Below, in pieces: positions 39,137 to 51,100 of a stretch of 64,000 nucleotides of DNA. Numbering within the stretch: position 1 is the stretch's first letter; the number at the start of each line of letters is the position of its first letter. Position numbers and translations under genes: made by a program. The notes below the pieces were generated by a model, which was not told the DNA's origin, made no database searches, and worked only from the letters and a program-made list of their open reading frames with translations. Source of the DNA: Takakia lepidozioides (taxonomy: Eukaryota > Plantae > Bryophyta); NCBI GenBank assembly GCA_030704615.1, contig CM060734.1, forward strand, positions 51,212,001-51,276,000, in the 5' to 3' direction.

Positions 39137-39590
39137 GATCCCGTATAAGTGTCTAAGTCCCAGACAGTCCTCTAACAATAGTCTCTAAGGAGAGCAGGGA
39201 AAGGAAGCCTGAGAACAAATCTGCCCCAAACGCATACCCTGTAATTGCTGGCAAGTGCACCTCCGTAATATAGAGGATATTAGAGGCCAGAGAAGGAGTA
39301 GCCACCCACTGGTGTGGTGAAGGAGACCCTTCCCCAAGCCTGAGGATGTCACACCAATGGTTTGGAACAAATTGCAGGATGGGGTGTATGCCAGAGCGAG
39401 CCCTATTGGCACCCAGAACTGTAGTAAGAGACTTCGGGGTGCTAGTCCAGAGGTGGGAGATCTGGGAGATGCCTCTAGTCTCCCAAGATGCCGATCTTTT
39501 GGCCTAGCACTTCTCTTGAGGGGTGGGCAAAGCTGAGTTAAGGAAGAGGTGTTGCCTCTGAACCTCATGGGTGAAAGCATGCTAATGTGT
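39137..39590 (-). mobile_element. L1-type LINE ORF2 fragment (post-RT region)
   Basis: Minus frame reads HEVQRQHLFLNS...WETRGISQISHLW..., resembling the L1 'Q.LF.N...W...GI..I..LW' segment. Confidence 0.5.
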
Positions 39591-40219
39591 ACCACTGACA
39601 CTCCTGAAAATGACTCAATTTTGACTGCTGGTGCGTTACACCGCGGCGCGTGGACATGACATGTTGGGATGAAAACGTGATGAAATTTACAGATGATAGT
39701 GGGCACACCGTCCCTCACTGGATACTTCCGTGCACTTGCTATCACTCACCCTATACCTGTCCCTCTCAGTTCTGCCATTAGATGCTCGTATACCCTCTTG
39801 TACACCTCCAATTTTGCTCGTACACCGCTAATTTTGAGTTTACGATACTAACTCGACTTCCGTTTGCCACCATTTACTTTCCCCTCATCGCATCCAAGCC
39901 GGGTTTTGTGTGTTTGATGCCTACTTCAGTGCTGTAGATGCTCGTATAATTTTTAGGAGTTTATTTTATATATTTTTAATTTTAAAACAATTTGCAATGA
40001 ATGATACACTATTTGTAAGAACTTATTTTGGCCTCAAATTCAAAATTGGAGGACCTTGTAGCCATTTCATGGACATGGCCTTCTTCCTTTTCAGTAGCTA
40101 AACACTTTTGATGAAAGAACCATATTCAAATTTTGAGGTTTAGTAGTACCAAAGTTTAGGGGGCAAACTACGCAAGACACGAATGAAAATTTCAGAGTAG
40201 TGCGAGAGGAAATTCGTAC

Positions 40220-40352
40220 GGATGAATGGGTCCGTCGAATGGATGAATGTAGGATGAATGTAGGATGAATGAGGGACGTCAAAATACGGATGAATGTACA
40301 ATGGATGAGAGCAATGACATTTGGGGGGAAAGAACTTGAAGGATGTTGAATG
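40220..40352 (+). repeat. left subterminal GGATGAAT repeats
   Basis: Multiple GGATGAAT(G) copies, mirrored by CATCC/ATTCATCC copies at 50780-50915. Confidence 0.75.
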
Positions 40353-40682
40353 AAGCAGGCCATCCTCCACTGTTTTGAAGTTGTATGAATTTCCCTCACG
40401 TACCTTTTATTCGAAACTATATACAAGTCGTATAAACAATGGCAGTAGTGAAGGTCCATGTAAGACTGGGGTATATTCAGAAAGCACGGTTGAAATTGGA
40501 AAGTCACAAAGTGTAGAAAGTGTACAAAGCATTACCCTCCATTTTGATCATGACGTGGGGTGGGGGATGGCTTCTGAGTGAAGAAAGTGCTAGCATGAAA
40601 CAGCCTGAAGGTGTTTCCATATAAAGGCGACTTTGTCATCTGCCACCGGACATCACAGAAAAACAGCCCAGGCTTTGCAAGG

Positions 40683-43600
40683 TCATGCTTGAGAGCATCT
40701 CAAACTCGTGCAGTCTCGCTCAAGTAGTGTCATAACATCAGCAGGCCCCATCGTACATTGGTGAATGTATGTGTCTCTTTTTGGATCACAAAACATCATC
40801 TGAATGTACATATAGTACAAATGTTTGCATGGCACAAATTTTCCTCTCTTTCCCAGAGAACTGGAGATTGTGTTTTTGAAGTCTGGGCAAGTGCAATCTG
40901 GGAAATTGGAAACTGTTACCTCGTACGCCCTATTGTGAAGAACAGATCCCATCGTCACCATACTATACACCCGTCCGTAGCCTGGTGGGGGAACATCGAC
41001 AACGTGGGTGATCCGACACTGAAGGGTTTTCGCCGATTCAATCTTGCACTCGTGCTCTGCACCTGCCTCAACCCGCCGGACCACCTTTCCATTTCTTTTC
41101 GTTGGCCAGTCGTTGCCAAGTGGAGAGCGTGCAGGAAATGGGGAAGGGAAATCATGCGCGAAGAATTAACTGTCATGACAGTTGGTCCTCTTGGGAGCCG
41201 AAATTTTGCATCCTCCATCATGTCAATTTCCTGTGTAGACAGTGCAGTTCCCATCTTGACTGGCCAAACTTTTGGGATTTGAGGTTTGTTTATCACCGAA
41301 TCACGGATAGTTCCCATCATGCAACGTTTCATGTCATCAGGACAAAACCAAAACTTGTGAGGCCTGGCCTCCCGCGCACTATAATGCTTGAATAACCCTG
41401 TGAAAGTTGGGGTTGGAGTCCCTGCTGGGGCTCTACAAATCATAGATGTGCACTTCACAAAGGACGTTGCCCTGACAGCAGAACATTTCACCTTCGAGCC
41501 TTGCGAGTTCGTTCTATGTGCCACTGCGCGTCTGCACAATCAGACTCCTGGATGGGTAGCAAGTTCGCCCCTTCTTCACGTGTAGTTGTAGTTGTCGACT
41601 CCGTGAACTCTGTCGAGGAAGATTCATCCACAAAGGATGTTGATTGCACGAAAGTCGGTGGCACGGGCACACGTGGCACTGAAAAATTATCCCTATCATG
41701 TCGATGCGATCCTGGAGGGATGTCCAGTTTGCGCTTGCATGAACCAAATCTCTCCTCACCTTCCAGATGAGGATGTCTGGATTGCAATGGTGTTCCCATT
41801 GTGCATTCGTTTACAACCTTTGCCATTCTAGCAGGATTCTTGCATCTGTTTGCAGCCCTCAACTGCAACTCCACCCTGTCTGGCCCCTTACCAGAACCTC
41901 GTCCACGAAGGAAATCCCGGTACCGTGTCTGTTGCGAAAGCGCTCGGACCATGTCATCCGAAGTGGCAATGTATAGGTCCCGTCCATTCTTGCCGGATTG
42001 CGCATTCCACACACTATGCACAGTCTCGGATAGATTACATGAAAGCATATCCGCTATGTCCTCCAGAAACATATTCTGCACACAATATTCTTTCCATTTA
42101 TTATTGTAGATCAAAAGATAATACCATTGAAGAAAAGACACGTGAACAGGGTTAATACCGTAAATTGAACTCATGGAAGCCTTGGAATTTAAAGAAGGGA
42201 CCTTACTCTTGTCATGAACCCTCCCCACTGTTTGTATCTGAAGTGCCAGAATCCCATCCAGTCGTCAAGTTCTTTGAGGCCATCTTGACTTGCTGCATCG
42301 GAGGAGTACCACCATGCCCTGATAGTTTGGTATAAGGAGTTTGCTTCGATCTTGCTTGTCGCATCTTTATACAGCCGGCAGAGTCTCATGTGTTCCTCCT
42401 GCAACTCTGGTTTTATGCAATTCTTGGTGTGCCTTCGGAGGGACTGCGTCCAATGGAACAGGCAAGTGCGCTCCCTGCCCATCATGGGTATTTTTGGATC
42501 ACCACTTCCAAAAACAGAACGGACTGCATTCCAATTTGCCTGCGCGCTATTGGCCATAAATCCATGAAAATTTGGATCTGAGACACCATGATTTCTCATG
42601 ACTTTCACAAGTGACTTCCACATTAGGATTTGAGACTCAGTGTCTTCGGATTGCATGTCACACACTGCAATTGTCATAGCTCTTTGGTAAGAAGGATCGT
42701 ACATATGGGCAGCCATGGTTGTCCAACCCTTTACACGTTTCACATGATCACACATGAGCCAGGATTTCTGCAGGTCGCCTCCGGCCTGCATTCTCCGGAC
42801 CAAACTAACTCCGCTTCCCTCCGCAACTGTGGACATCTTGAACAAGAACACTTTCAATGACCCCTGACCAGGAAAAACATTGTCTTGAATGAAGTCGTAC
42901 ATGCTTCTCCGCTTCAATTCTAGGATGCTATCCACGTAACCTGTGCTCCCTGTTCCCATTCTGAGTGCGTTGATGTGGTTGCGTACATTGGGTGAACTAA
43001 GGGTCGAGAAATAGTCCATAACGACGTCCAGTTTTTCGCTGTCCAGTTTCTCAATGTTCTCTTCCGCTGCCCCTAGAATGTGTTTTTGCAAGAAGCTCTT
43101 GCTTGCAGAAAGTGCAATTGCAGATGGCGGTGCATAAGGAGCATTCTCCACCTCATGCCGTAGAAGTCCCCTAATTGTTTCAAGACTTTTTCAACAATCC
43201 CCTTTCGATACGGGGTGGGTATGATTTTCGCAATATTTGCAGAGTAACGTCGTGTTTTTAGGAGGTGGGCACCCTACCTCGAATGGGTTATCAGCGCAAC
43301 CCTCCCACTCCGTCTCATTTGGGGAGCCTCTCAATGACAGGCAGTTGCAGGCTTCATTTCCACAACAGAGGTGCCCAACGCAGACTGATCTACGGAAAGA
43401 CAAGCCATGAGGGTTATGTATGTTGGTTGTCTTAGTTCGACACCAAGGGTGTCCGTTGTGCTTCTTGTCCATCCCTTGCATGAGTCCCCCCAAACCCCCA
43501 AAGGACGTCGGAGGTGGCAGCTCAAAAACCACATCCCCATCAAATTCTGCAGGAAGGTATTTTGCTCTTACAATCTTTATTGCCCCCCATGCAATTCCAC

Positions 43601-44141
43601 GCACGTCACTTCTGCAGTTTGGCAAGCCTTTCATAGACTGCAGCTTTGGAACCACACTGCCTATCTCCTGGACATGTGGTTCTTCGACAGAAGACAGGTG
43701 TGGTGGAGGTGGAATCTCAGAGATGTCGTCGTCACCGGAGCTTTCCGAGAGATCCACAAAAGGCGTCGAAGTGCTGGTGTCCTCTTTTTTAATTGTAGCA
43801 GGTGTGAAGGCTGGAGCCACCGAAGCGGCAGTTCTTGGTGTGAGTGTTGAACCTGCAGACGAACGTTGTTGATCTCCATGCACATGGTAAGTGCCTGCTG
43901 GAACTCTCCATTGTCTAATACGGTCATCGCACACATATGGCTCCAGAATCATCATACTGTCGACCCTACTGGCGGAGTCGTGCACTTCTTTCTCCACATG
44001 CACAATACCAACTTGCAGATCCAAGCTTCTACAAAGGACATCCTCTCCCACGGTTGCCATCCCATTGGTGTCTATCACTTTGGTTAGGGGGAGCGATTTG
44101 TAAGCACAGTAAAATTTTACCAACTCATCTTTGAGAGCCAT
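40683..44141 (-). pseudogene. MULE-type DDE transposase with N-terminal Zn-finger DNA-binding region and C-terminal SWIM finger
   Basis: ORFs 43191-44141, 42189-43151, 41488-42228, 40955-41539 and 40683-41084. Motifs: WLMCDHVKR (D1), FMANSAQA (D2 position reads N), CLFHW (CxxH), NLSETVH (E), SWIM CTCPDF...CKHLYY. Confidence 0.85.
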
Positions 44142-45377
44142 TCAAAAAGCAGAGAAGAGTACGGTACGGTAACAGTGTTCAACAAAGTGTGCCAGCACTC
44201 GAGCAAGCAGCCGTACGTCTGTGGATTGCAAAAAACAACTAGAATTTCCCCTACAAGAGCGTCTCCGCCGATGCACGACAATATGGATGAGCAGTTTCAT
44301 TCCACTTTGCACCAGGACATCTATCCTCATCTATCCTAAAGTGTTCTGTCAGACAAGGTATCCTATGTAATTATTAACTGTCGATATTCAACGGTTTTTT
44401 TCACAGACACCAGCCATCAAGCCACCCATTCATTCTATCTTAAGATGTGAAGTGTCATAACTGTAGATGAAAAGCAGATAGGATGAAATTGTTCTCTTTG
44501 TTTTACTTTAATTGTCTCGAATGAGCAGACGACGTGGAGAAGACACCACCACTCAAGCGAAAACCTAAAATTCCCAAACGTGAGTAAGCCAGTTAAGGGT
44601 TAAGGGTTTAGGGAAACCTTATTTTAGCGCGATTAAGGACCGTACAGGGACGACGTGCCTTGCATGCAGATGCACCACGCCATCCCCCCGCCTCTCCAAG
44701 AAACTGGCATCTTGGCGCAGTAGGGTTGGGTGAGAGGCAAGCGCACTCCCTCTTTCCCGCACCTCATTCTTCCTCCCTACTTGCAATCGTGGATCCAGTC
44801 GAAAGCGAGACTCCCTCTCGACGAACAAGAAGGCGCCGCCGAACTCTTTACTACACATCTAAAAAGCAAAGGCTACAGGCGAAGAATAGAATGAAAAAGA
44901 TCCGGAGGGAACTCATGTTGGGGGAGGAAACAGGGGAGGGGGACGCCGGAGGAGTGGGAGAGTCAAAGGCCGGAGTGGAAGAGGGCGGAGGAGTAGTTTT
45001 ATGACAGTCTCTAGAGGGTGTAGCCGCAGTGGAGAAGGGGCGCAACGAGCTACAATCCTATGAGAGTGGAGATGAGGAACCCAAGACCCGCCTCCATCAA
45101 CATTTTCAGGTTGTCCGCATAATGGACGAGACACCGGAGGATGGAGTGCATGGTTTTGTCACCCACCAGCCCGACCTTCTGGGACCTGTCCTCCCACACG
45201 AGTCGAAGGAGGCAAGCCACACGGGTGGTGCATCTTCGAGCGCTGCGAAGAAGCAAGACGAGGTATGTGTGACGTTCCACTATATGTACCAGTCTCATTT
45301 CTTTTGACGTCTGAATCTCATTGCGCCAATCTTGCGTTTCTTGTTTTCCATTCACTCCCACAGATTCAAGACCAAAT

Positions 45378-45906
45378 CAACCTTGCATCAACGCAAGGTT
45401 GATTTGGGCTGCAGTCGTGTGTCCATCTAAATGGTTTTTTGTAAGGTCGAAGCATATCAGACAACCTTGCGTTGACGCAAGGTTGTTTGAGAGTCCAGAC
45501 AATGTCTCTTTTGGACTTCACTCACAGAGGTACCAGCCCTAGAAACAACCTTGCGTCAACGCAAGGTTGATATGGGCTCCAGACCAGTGTTGTTTGAGGT
45601 TGTTTTTTTCAAGGATGAAGCTCATGAATCAACCTTGCGTTGACGCAAGGTTGATTGAGAGTCCACCAGATGGCTGTCTTGGCCGTCACTTTCACGGTTT
45701 CAAGCCGAAGAATCAACCTTGCGTTAATGCAATGTTGATTTGGGCTGCAAACCAGTTTCGAATTGATGCAGTTTTTTGATCGTTTGGAGCTCATGAAACA
45801 ACCTTGCGTTGACGCAAGGTTGTTTGAGAGTCCTGCCAGTGTCCACATTTTCATTCAGTCCGACTGTTGCAAGCCCCACTATCAACCTTGCGTCAACGCA
45901 AGGTTG
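45378..45906. repeat. array of seven 24-bp palindromes CAACCTTGCGTyrACGCAAGGTTG at 84-bp period (intron 1)
   Basis: Starts at 45378, 45462, 45546, 45630, 45714, 45799 and 45883, with 60-61-bp divergent spacers. Confidence 0.95.
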
Positions 45907-47895
45907 ATTTGGGATGCAAACCAAGGGTCATTTTCATTTCAAGCAAGGATGTTTTGGGCCAAGACTCTACATGTTTCTCTGTCATTGTTTTCAACAGCAG
46001 ACTTCATGAATGACAGATCTTACTTTTTCAACAAAGGAAGAGGAAAAAGAAAGAACCTGCCAGAGACGTAGAAGAGGAAGAGTATGGGGATGCCGACGAA
46101 GGCGATGACGAACATTACGAAAACAGAACAGAGGCTGTTATAGCTGGATAGAAGGTGAACTCTTCGAAGGTAATCCTGTCAATGGAAATTCCTGGTGGAG
46201 ATCTTTTTATCCCACTGTGCAGAATGGTATCGATGACAGCTGTCCGCCCAGCTCTCAGAAACGACATAAGGAAACTGAAGAATGATTTCATGCATGGGTA
46301 TGTGAAGGGATCTGTCGTGTTCTATGTTTCCACAATTGACACGAAGGGCAAAGAGTGCCCTGTATCAGAAGAGATAGAGCATGGTTGGGATCAAAGTTGG
46401 CGTGAAGTTAACAGAGACTTCGAGGCCAAACTATCCAAAAAGGCATCCACGAAAGTTTTCATGGGGAAGATGTTTTTTGTGTGGGATGGCAATCACCGGT
46501 TGCTTGCCTGGATGGACTACATATCCGAATTACACCCAGACAAGAAGGATTGGCACTGGAGCGTTTATTCTATGGTCCTTGATCACAAAGGACGAATCAC
46601 ACAGCTGCTCACTGCCATGCACGACATCAACAAGTAAGTTTTATGGAGTTGTTGTGCATTATGTGGATGCTTTGCTCTGTTTCTGGTTGTTATTTTTTTA
46701 ATTGGCGACGTGACTATTCAATGCAGATCAAACGAAACCTCCCACATAACAACCAACCTCTGCCACACCCTTTTCCGGGTCCAGAAGATCGGTATGATGC
46801 CTCTGGAATCGTTTGCGAACGTGTTGACCCAAAGTCAAATGAAGAGATGCAGGGAGAAGAAGCTCGTCACCTGGTATAGCCTGACAAGAGAGGCATTTCT
46901 TGACTACATGTACACGGTAAAGAAACATAAACCGAATTCAATTTCAGACTAGTTTGATGCCTCTATTCAATGGATGAGAACTAAAGGATCGTATATTTTG
47001 GATTGTTTGCAGCAAGAGATAGCAGAGATAGGCTTGAAGGCGAAGGCCGAATACTACGCCACTCACGTAGTGGAGGAGAGGTCTGCTGTGGGGATGGCAG
47101 AGGCAATCTGGTTTGAGATGGATAACCACAGAAAGAACATGCTGAGTGCTTTTGACAAACAAATCCGCATTGCAGATCCAGGTCTTGACTCACAGTTTCT
47201 GGAGCAAGTCAAAGTGCACTACGACAAGTACGGAACTAAGCCCGAAATGACCCAAGAGAAGCTGCATCGCCTCTCCATTTCAATGGTGGACACCGCAACC
47301 AAAATCAGGTGGTTGGAGATTTGGAACTCGGATCCTCTGGTGAAGGACACGTATGGGTTTCCAAGAACAGAGAGAAACCCCAAAACCAATGTGATAAAAG
47401 TGGTGAGCGACCACTCCTTCGACCAGTGGCTTCACAAAGCTACAGTCTGGAGCCAGGTGAGATAAACAGCCCATTCTTGCAGTCTGCATTAATCCATGAT
47501 TCCGTTTTCTTGTCTCCGATGCCTCACAATTGCCTTGTTTGGACAGCTGGAGAAGCGTGCAATTGCAGCACTGGGGGAGTCGTTGGCTGACTACAAAATC
47601 ACCATGACGACACCCAAAATCTCTCTAGATCAATACATACGGAAATGGAAATGTGCAATATGGAACAATTGTTTCTATAGGGAGTTTGAAAGAGACAAAG
47701 GCATTTCAAGGTCGAATGAGTTCAAGAATCAGTACAATAGCGAACAAGCTATGAAGCGAGTCTTGTACAGGTATCACGTTTCTTTGTGTTTGCATTTTGC
47801 TTCCTCAAATCCCCCTTATGTTCTGACAAGGCTGAACTGGGACTTACAAGGTAGGGCTATTATGATCGTCAGTCATTCAATTTCCAGTCGCAATT

Positions 47896-48341
47896 TAGCC
47901 TTGCGTCAACGCAAGGTTGGTTCGGGCATATGGTACTCCACTTCATGTACTAATTCCTGTTTGTTGTGTGCTACTTCTCTAGACATGTTCCAACCTTGCG
48001 TTGACGCCAGGTTGGATGTAGGTCCTGCAGAACAACATTTTTTCAAATTTATCTGCACGTTGTAGTACATATTTCGATCATCCTTTTCTTCTCCACTGTC
48101 TCTTCGTTTCAAATTCTGCTTCTCAATATTCATTTTACACACTCATTTCAACCTTGCGTTAACGCAAGGTTGTTTTAGGCTTGATTTTAGCTGTACATTT
48201 AAGTTATACCTCAATGCATTGTTCAGCCTTGCGTTGACGCAAGGTTGTTCGTTGCTCGTACTAGACCAATTTTGTGTTTTTATTGTTGGTTTTCGCAATT
48301 CGTTGGGATGCCTCGAACAACCTTGCGTCAATGCAAGGTTG
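47896..48341. repeat. second array of five copies of the same 24-bp palindrome (intron 47771-48425)
   Basis: Starts at 47896, 47991, 48149, 48224 and 48318. Confidence 0.93.
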
Positions 48342-50779
48342 ATCGAGGTACTTTATTTTTCCATCTTCTTTGTGTCTGACTGACAATTACCTTCACCAAA
48401 CTGCTCATTTGGGTTTGATTTCCAGGTACATATATAATGTCCTCATTCCGGGCAAGTACCTCAGTGATGAACCGGATTTCATTTTCATGTGGGCGGACCC
48501 CACTAAGGACAAGACAATGTACACTGCGGGAATCGCGAAGGACTGGGGCAGGGCACACTTCAGAGACTGTGGCTGGTACCTGGACTTGCCGAAACAGGAC
48601 ACACCGTTTGAGGAGGTGGTGATGCGCAACTTCAATGATAATGCAGCAGCTCTTGCACCACTCAGTGACAAGGAAATTCAGGAGAGAATAATTCAATCCC
48701 TCGCAATAAAGGAGCCGGAAAAAATTAGCACTCCTAAACGCAAAGGGAAGGGCGCAGGTGACGGGAAGGGTAAGGGGAAGATTGTGGCTGGGCAGGAACA
48801 GTCTATGCAGGACACCACGGAGCGTCTGCCCTCTCCAACTCGCAAGGACAGGAGAACTCCGAAAACTAAAGAACAGCCTTACGAGGCCAGAGAGCACCCT
48901 TCTCGGGTTTTGGGTCAGTATGAATTTGAGGTGATTAACGAGAGCTTCTTGGCAATGATGGAATCCAGGAAATCCACTTTCAAAGGAGAGAAATTGAAGA
49001 CTTGGGACATCCTGGTTTCTTTCCTCAAACAGGTAACCACACAAAACTTTGCCTGGGGTGTTCTTCACTATGTTCAAAATTGAGTTCTGCTCCTAACTGG
49101 TCTATTATTTTTGTTATGTGAAATAGGTCACCAAAAGACCTGAATGGGTTAATGGAAGCCAGCAAGCGTACGCAACAGACCTGGTGGTGCTAGATATTCC
49201 AGATGGTTTGCCTGTGCCGGATGTCTTGCCATCGAACACAACGCCATCGTGGAACAAGTCAGATACCCTTTTCTGGCAGTGGGTTTTTTCCTTCAACAAC
49301 AAATTTTTGTCTGATGCAGGAGCACTTCTACTTTTGCAAGCAAAAGACATGTTGGCGCGCAGAACCCTTTTCAGTTACATGAAGGCTTCCGGATTTAAGG
49401 TCATCAAAACATGGACGTGCATCAACACTCTTCCACTTTCCAAGGGGGAGTTCCCACGACAGAGGGTGAGTTCAGGATTGTGGCCTGCCTCTTCTTGTGC
49501 TTTCATTCAGTTGAGCTCGTTGAGCATGTTCGAAAACTGATTGTTTTGGGGGGGGGAATGCAGACTCGGGTGTTCGAGGCTTTGTGCTTGGTGAGGATGT
49601 GAAAGGACACCCTCCCTGCCGGTATTGCGGAGTTCCAGTTGAGAGACCTTGCAGCACACATCGACCCCACCTATGAGTCTGTGGGGGATGATGTCCTGTA
49701 CAATTACGTGGACTCCGGGTGGACCATGAAAGGGACAAATGGTGTCCCTTGGAGAGGTGCTCGGGAGAAATCTCCAGCATTCATGTAGACTCTGGTGGAG
49801 ACTTGCAGCCGGCATGGGGGGCGGGTGGTGGACTTATCTTTGGGAACATGTGTGCCCTGCCAAGTCTCCTCCTCTAGGATCTTAAATTTGTAATTATTCT
49901 TGATTTTCTAACCATTCGTTCTGTACGTTTGCAGGTGCAACATTCCATGCCTGCAAGAGCGCCGGTAGACACTTCTTCGGCATGGAGGGGGATGCGGAGC
50001 TGTTTTCATGCGAGATTCAACAACTCACCTCCGGCTCAACATCGGCCCCACACAAAGAAACAATTTTCGATGATCGAGATCTTCCAGATGAAGACCTCGA
50101 CGTGGACTCCGACTTTGAATGTACGTAAGTCCGGTTTGTTTTGGATGAAATGTCGGTTTTTATATTATACAGACCTTCATTTTTGTTGACAAGCATTTCC
50201 CTTCCGCGGTCCTGTCTTTCTGCTTATAGGTCTTGCAACTTTGGGAATCTTTGCAGGACACCAAAAACAAGGAGAAGCATCCCTTTCTTTGCTAACCCGG
50301 AATTTTTCTCGAGCCCACCTCCCCCCCTACAGTTGCCATGCTATGCTGAGGCCGCCGCTAGAGAGTTTACTCTTTGCCACTCTCCCCCTCTACTTTGCAT
50401 AAATCATGTAGAAAAGGTGGACAATAGGGCTAGGATCTTTATGGACATTAGTGCGTCGGAGTCCGGAGGTACCACAAGTTCTAGTGCATAGAAATTTCCG
50501 ATTGGTTCCACCTGTTGGGGAATATCTAGGTAATCAACTGTCACGAGATTGCTTCTCTTGCTTCAACTGCGTGCCTCCCTCCCCAACTTTGACTACATAA
50601 GACATATTCTGGACAAAAAAATTCTCATCTTCATTTGCAAGTCCATTCATACACTCTTTGTGGGTCCACAATACTTCCAGTCCTTACACATATGCACGTA
50701 CATTGTTCATGCATCCAAAACATAAGTCCATCCATCAACTGACCGAAATTCTTCCATTCCAAATTTGTCACTCCGTCGC

Positions 50780-50915
50780 TCATCCAGTGTTCCAGCATAC
50801 ATCATCCATCATTCGCCCCACACTCAGCCATCATTAATGTAACATCCAACCAACATTCATCCACCATCCATCCAACATTTTTCATCCATCCACTATTCAT
50901 CCAACGTTCATCCAT
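50780..50915 (-). repeat. right subterminal GGATGAAT repeats (inverted)
   Basis: Clustered CATCCA/ATTCATCC copies. Confidence 0.7.
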
Positions 50916-51100
50916 TTCCAAATCCAAGTACGCATTATATTTTCACTCGTTCCCATGGGAATAGGTCCCTTGGGTTATCACCGTCTGCGGTTGTGGGCCC
51001 CTACTCCCTCTGGCGTGAGCATCTTTCCGCTCACGGATTGGCATCTTCTCACTCACGCATCTCCCCGCTCACGTGAGCCGCTCACGGACTAGCATCCCCC

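Larger units (their letters stand above)
44660..50128 (+). pseudogene. spliced ParB/Srx-like domain + beta-class N4C/N6A-type DNA methyltransferase gene
   Basis: Exons approx. ...-45262, ~46000-46633, 46727-46916, 47013-47456, 47547-47770, 48426-49032, 49127-49465, 49564-49849, 49935-50128. ParB motifs VRP and FVWDGNHR (46485-46499). MTase motifs DLVVLDIPD (49178-49204), LSDAGALLL, GFKVIKTW, REKSPAF..LVETCS..GGRVVDLSLGT|GATFHACKSAGRHFFGMEGD. Several stops and one frameshift; start codon uncertain. Confidence 0.8.
40160..50969. mobile_element. Mutator-like (MULE) DNA transposon carrying a ParB-methyltransferase gene
   Basis: Divergent transposase and accessory genes. GGATGAAT repeats at the left end and ATTCATCC at the right. 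Degenerate GGG...ACGA.TGAAAAT termini. No TSD seen, so the ends are approximate. Confidence 0.7.

Noticed and set aside
45378-45906. CRISPR array
   Set aside because: No cas genes, eukaryotic intron context, 60-bp spacers that are mutually related in alternating fashion. It is a tandem-derived palindrome array.
44660-50128. Bacterial or phage contamination as the source of ParB and MTase motifs
   Set aside because: The motifs are split by GT-AG introns and embedded among plant TEs.
40150-50980. Target-site duplication for the MULE
   Set aside because: Flanks of the proposed termini do not match, so the boundaries remain approximate.
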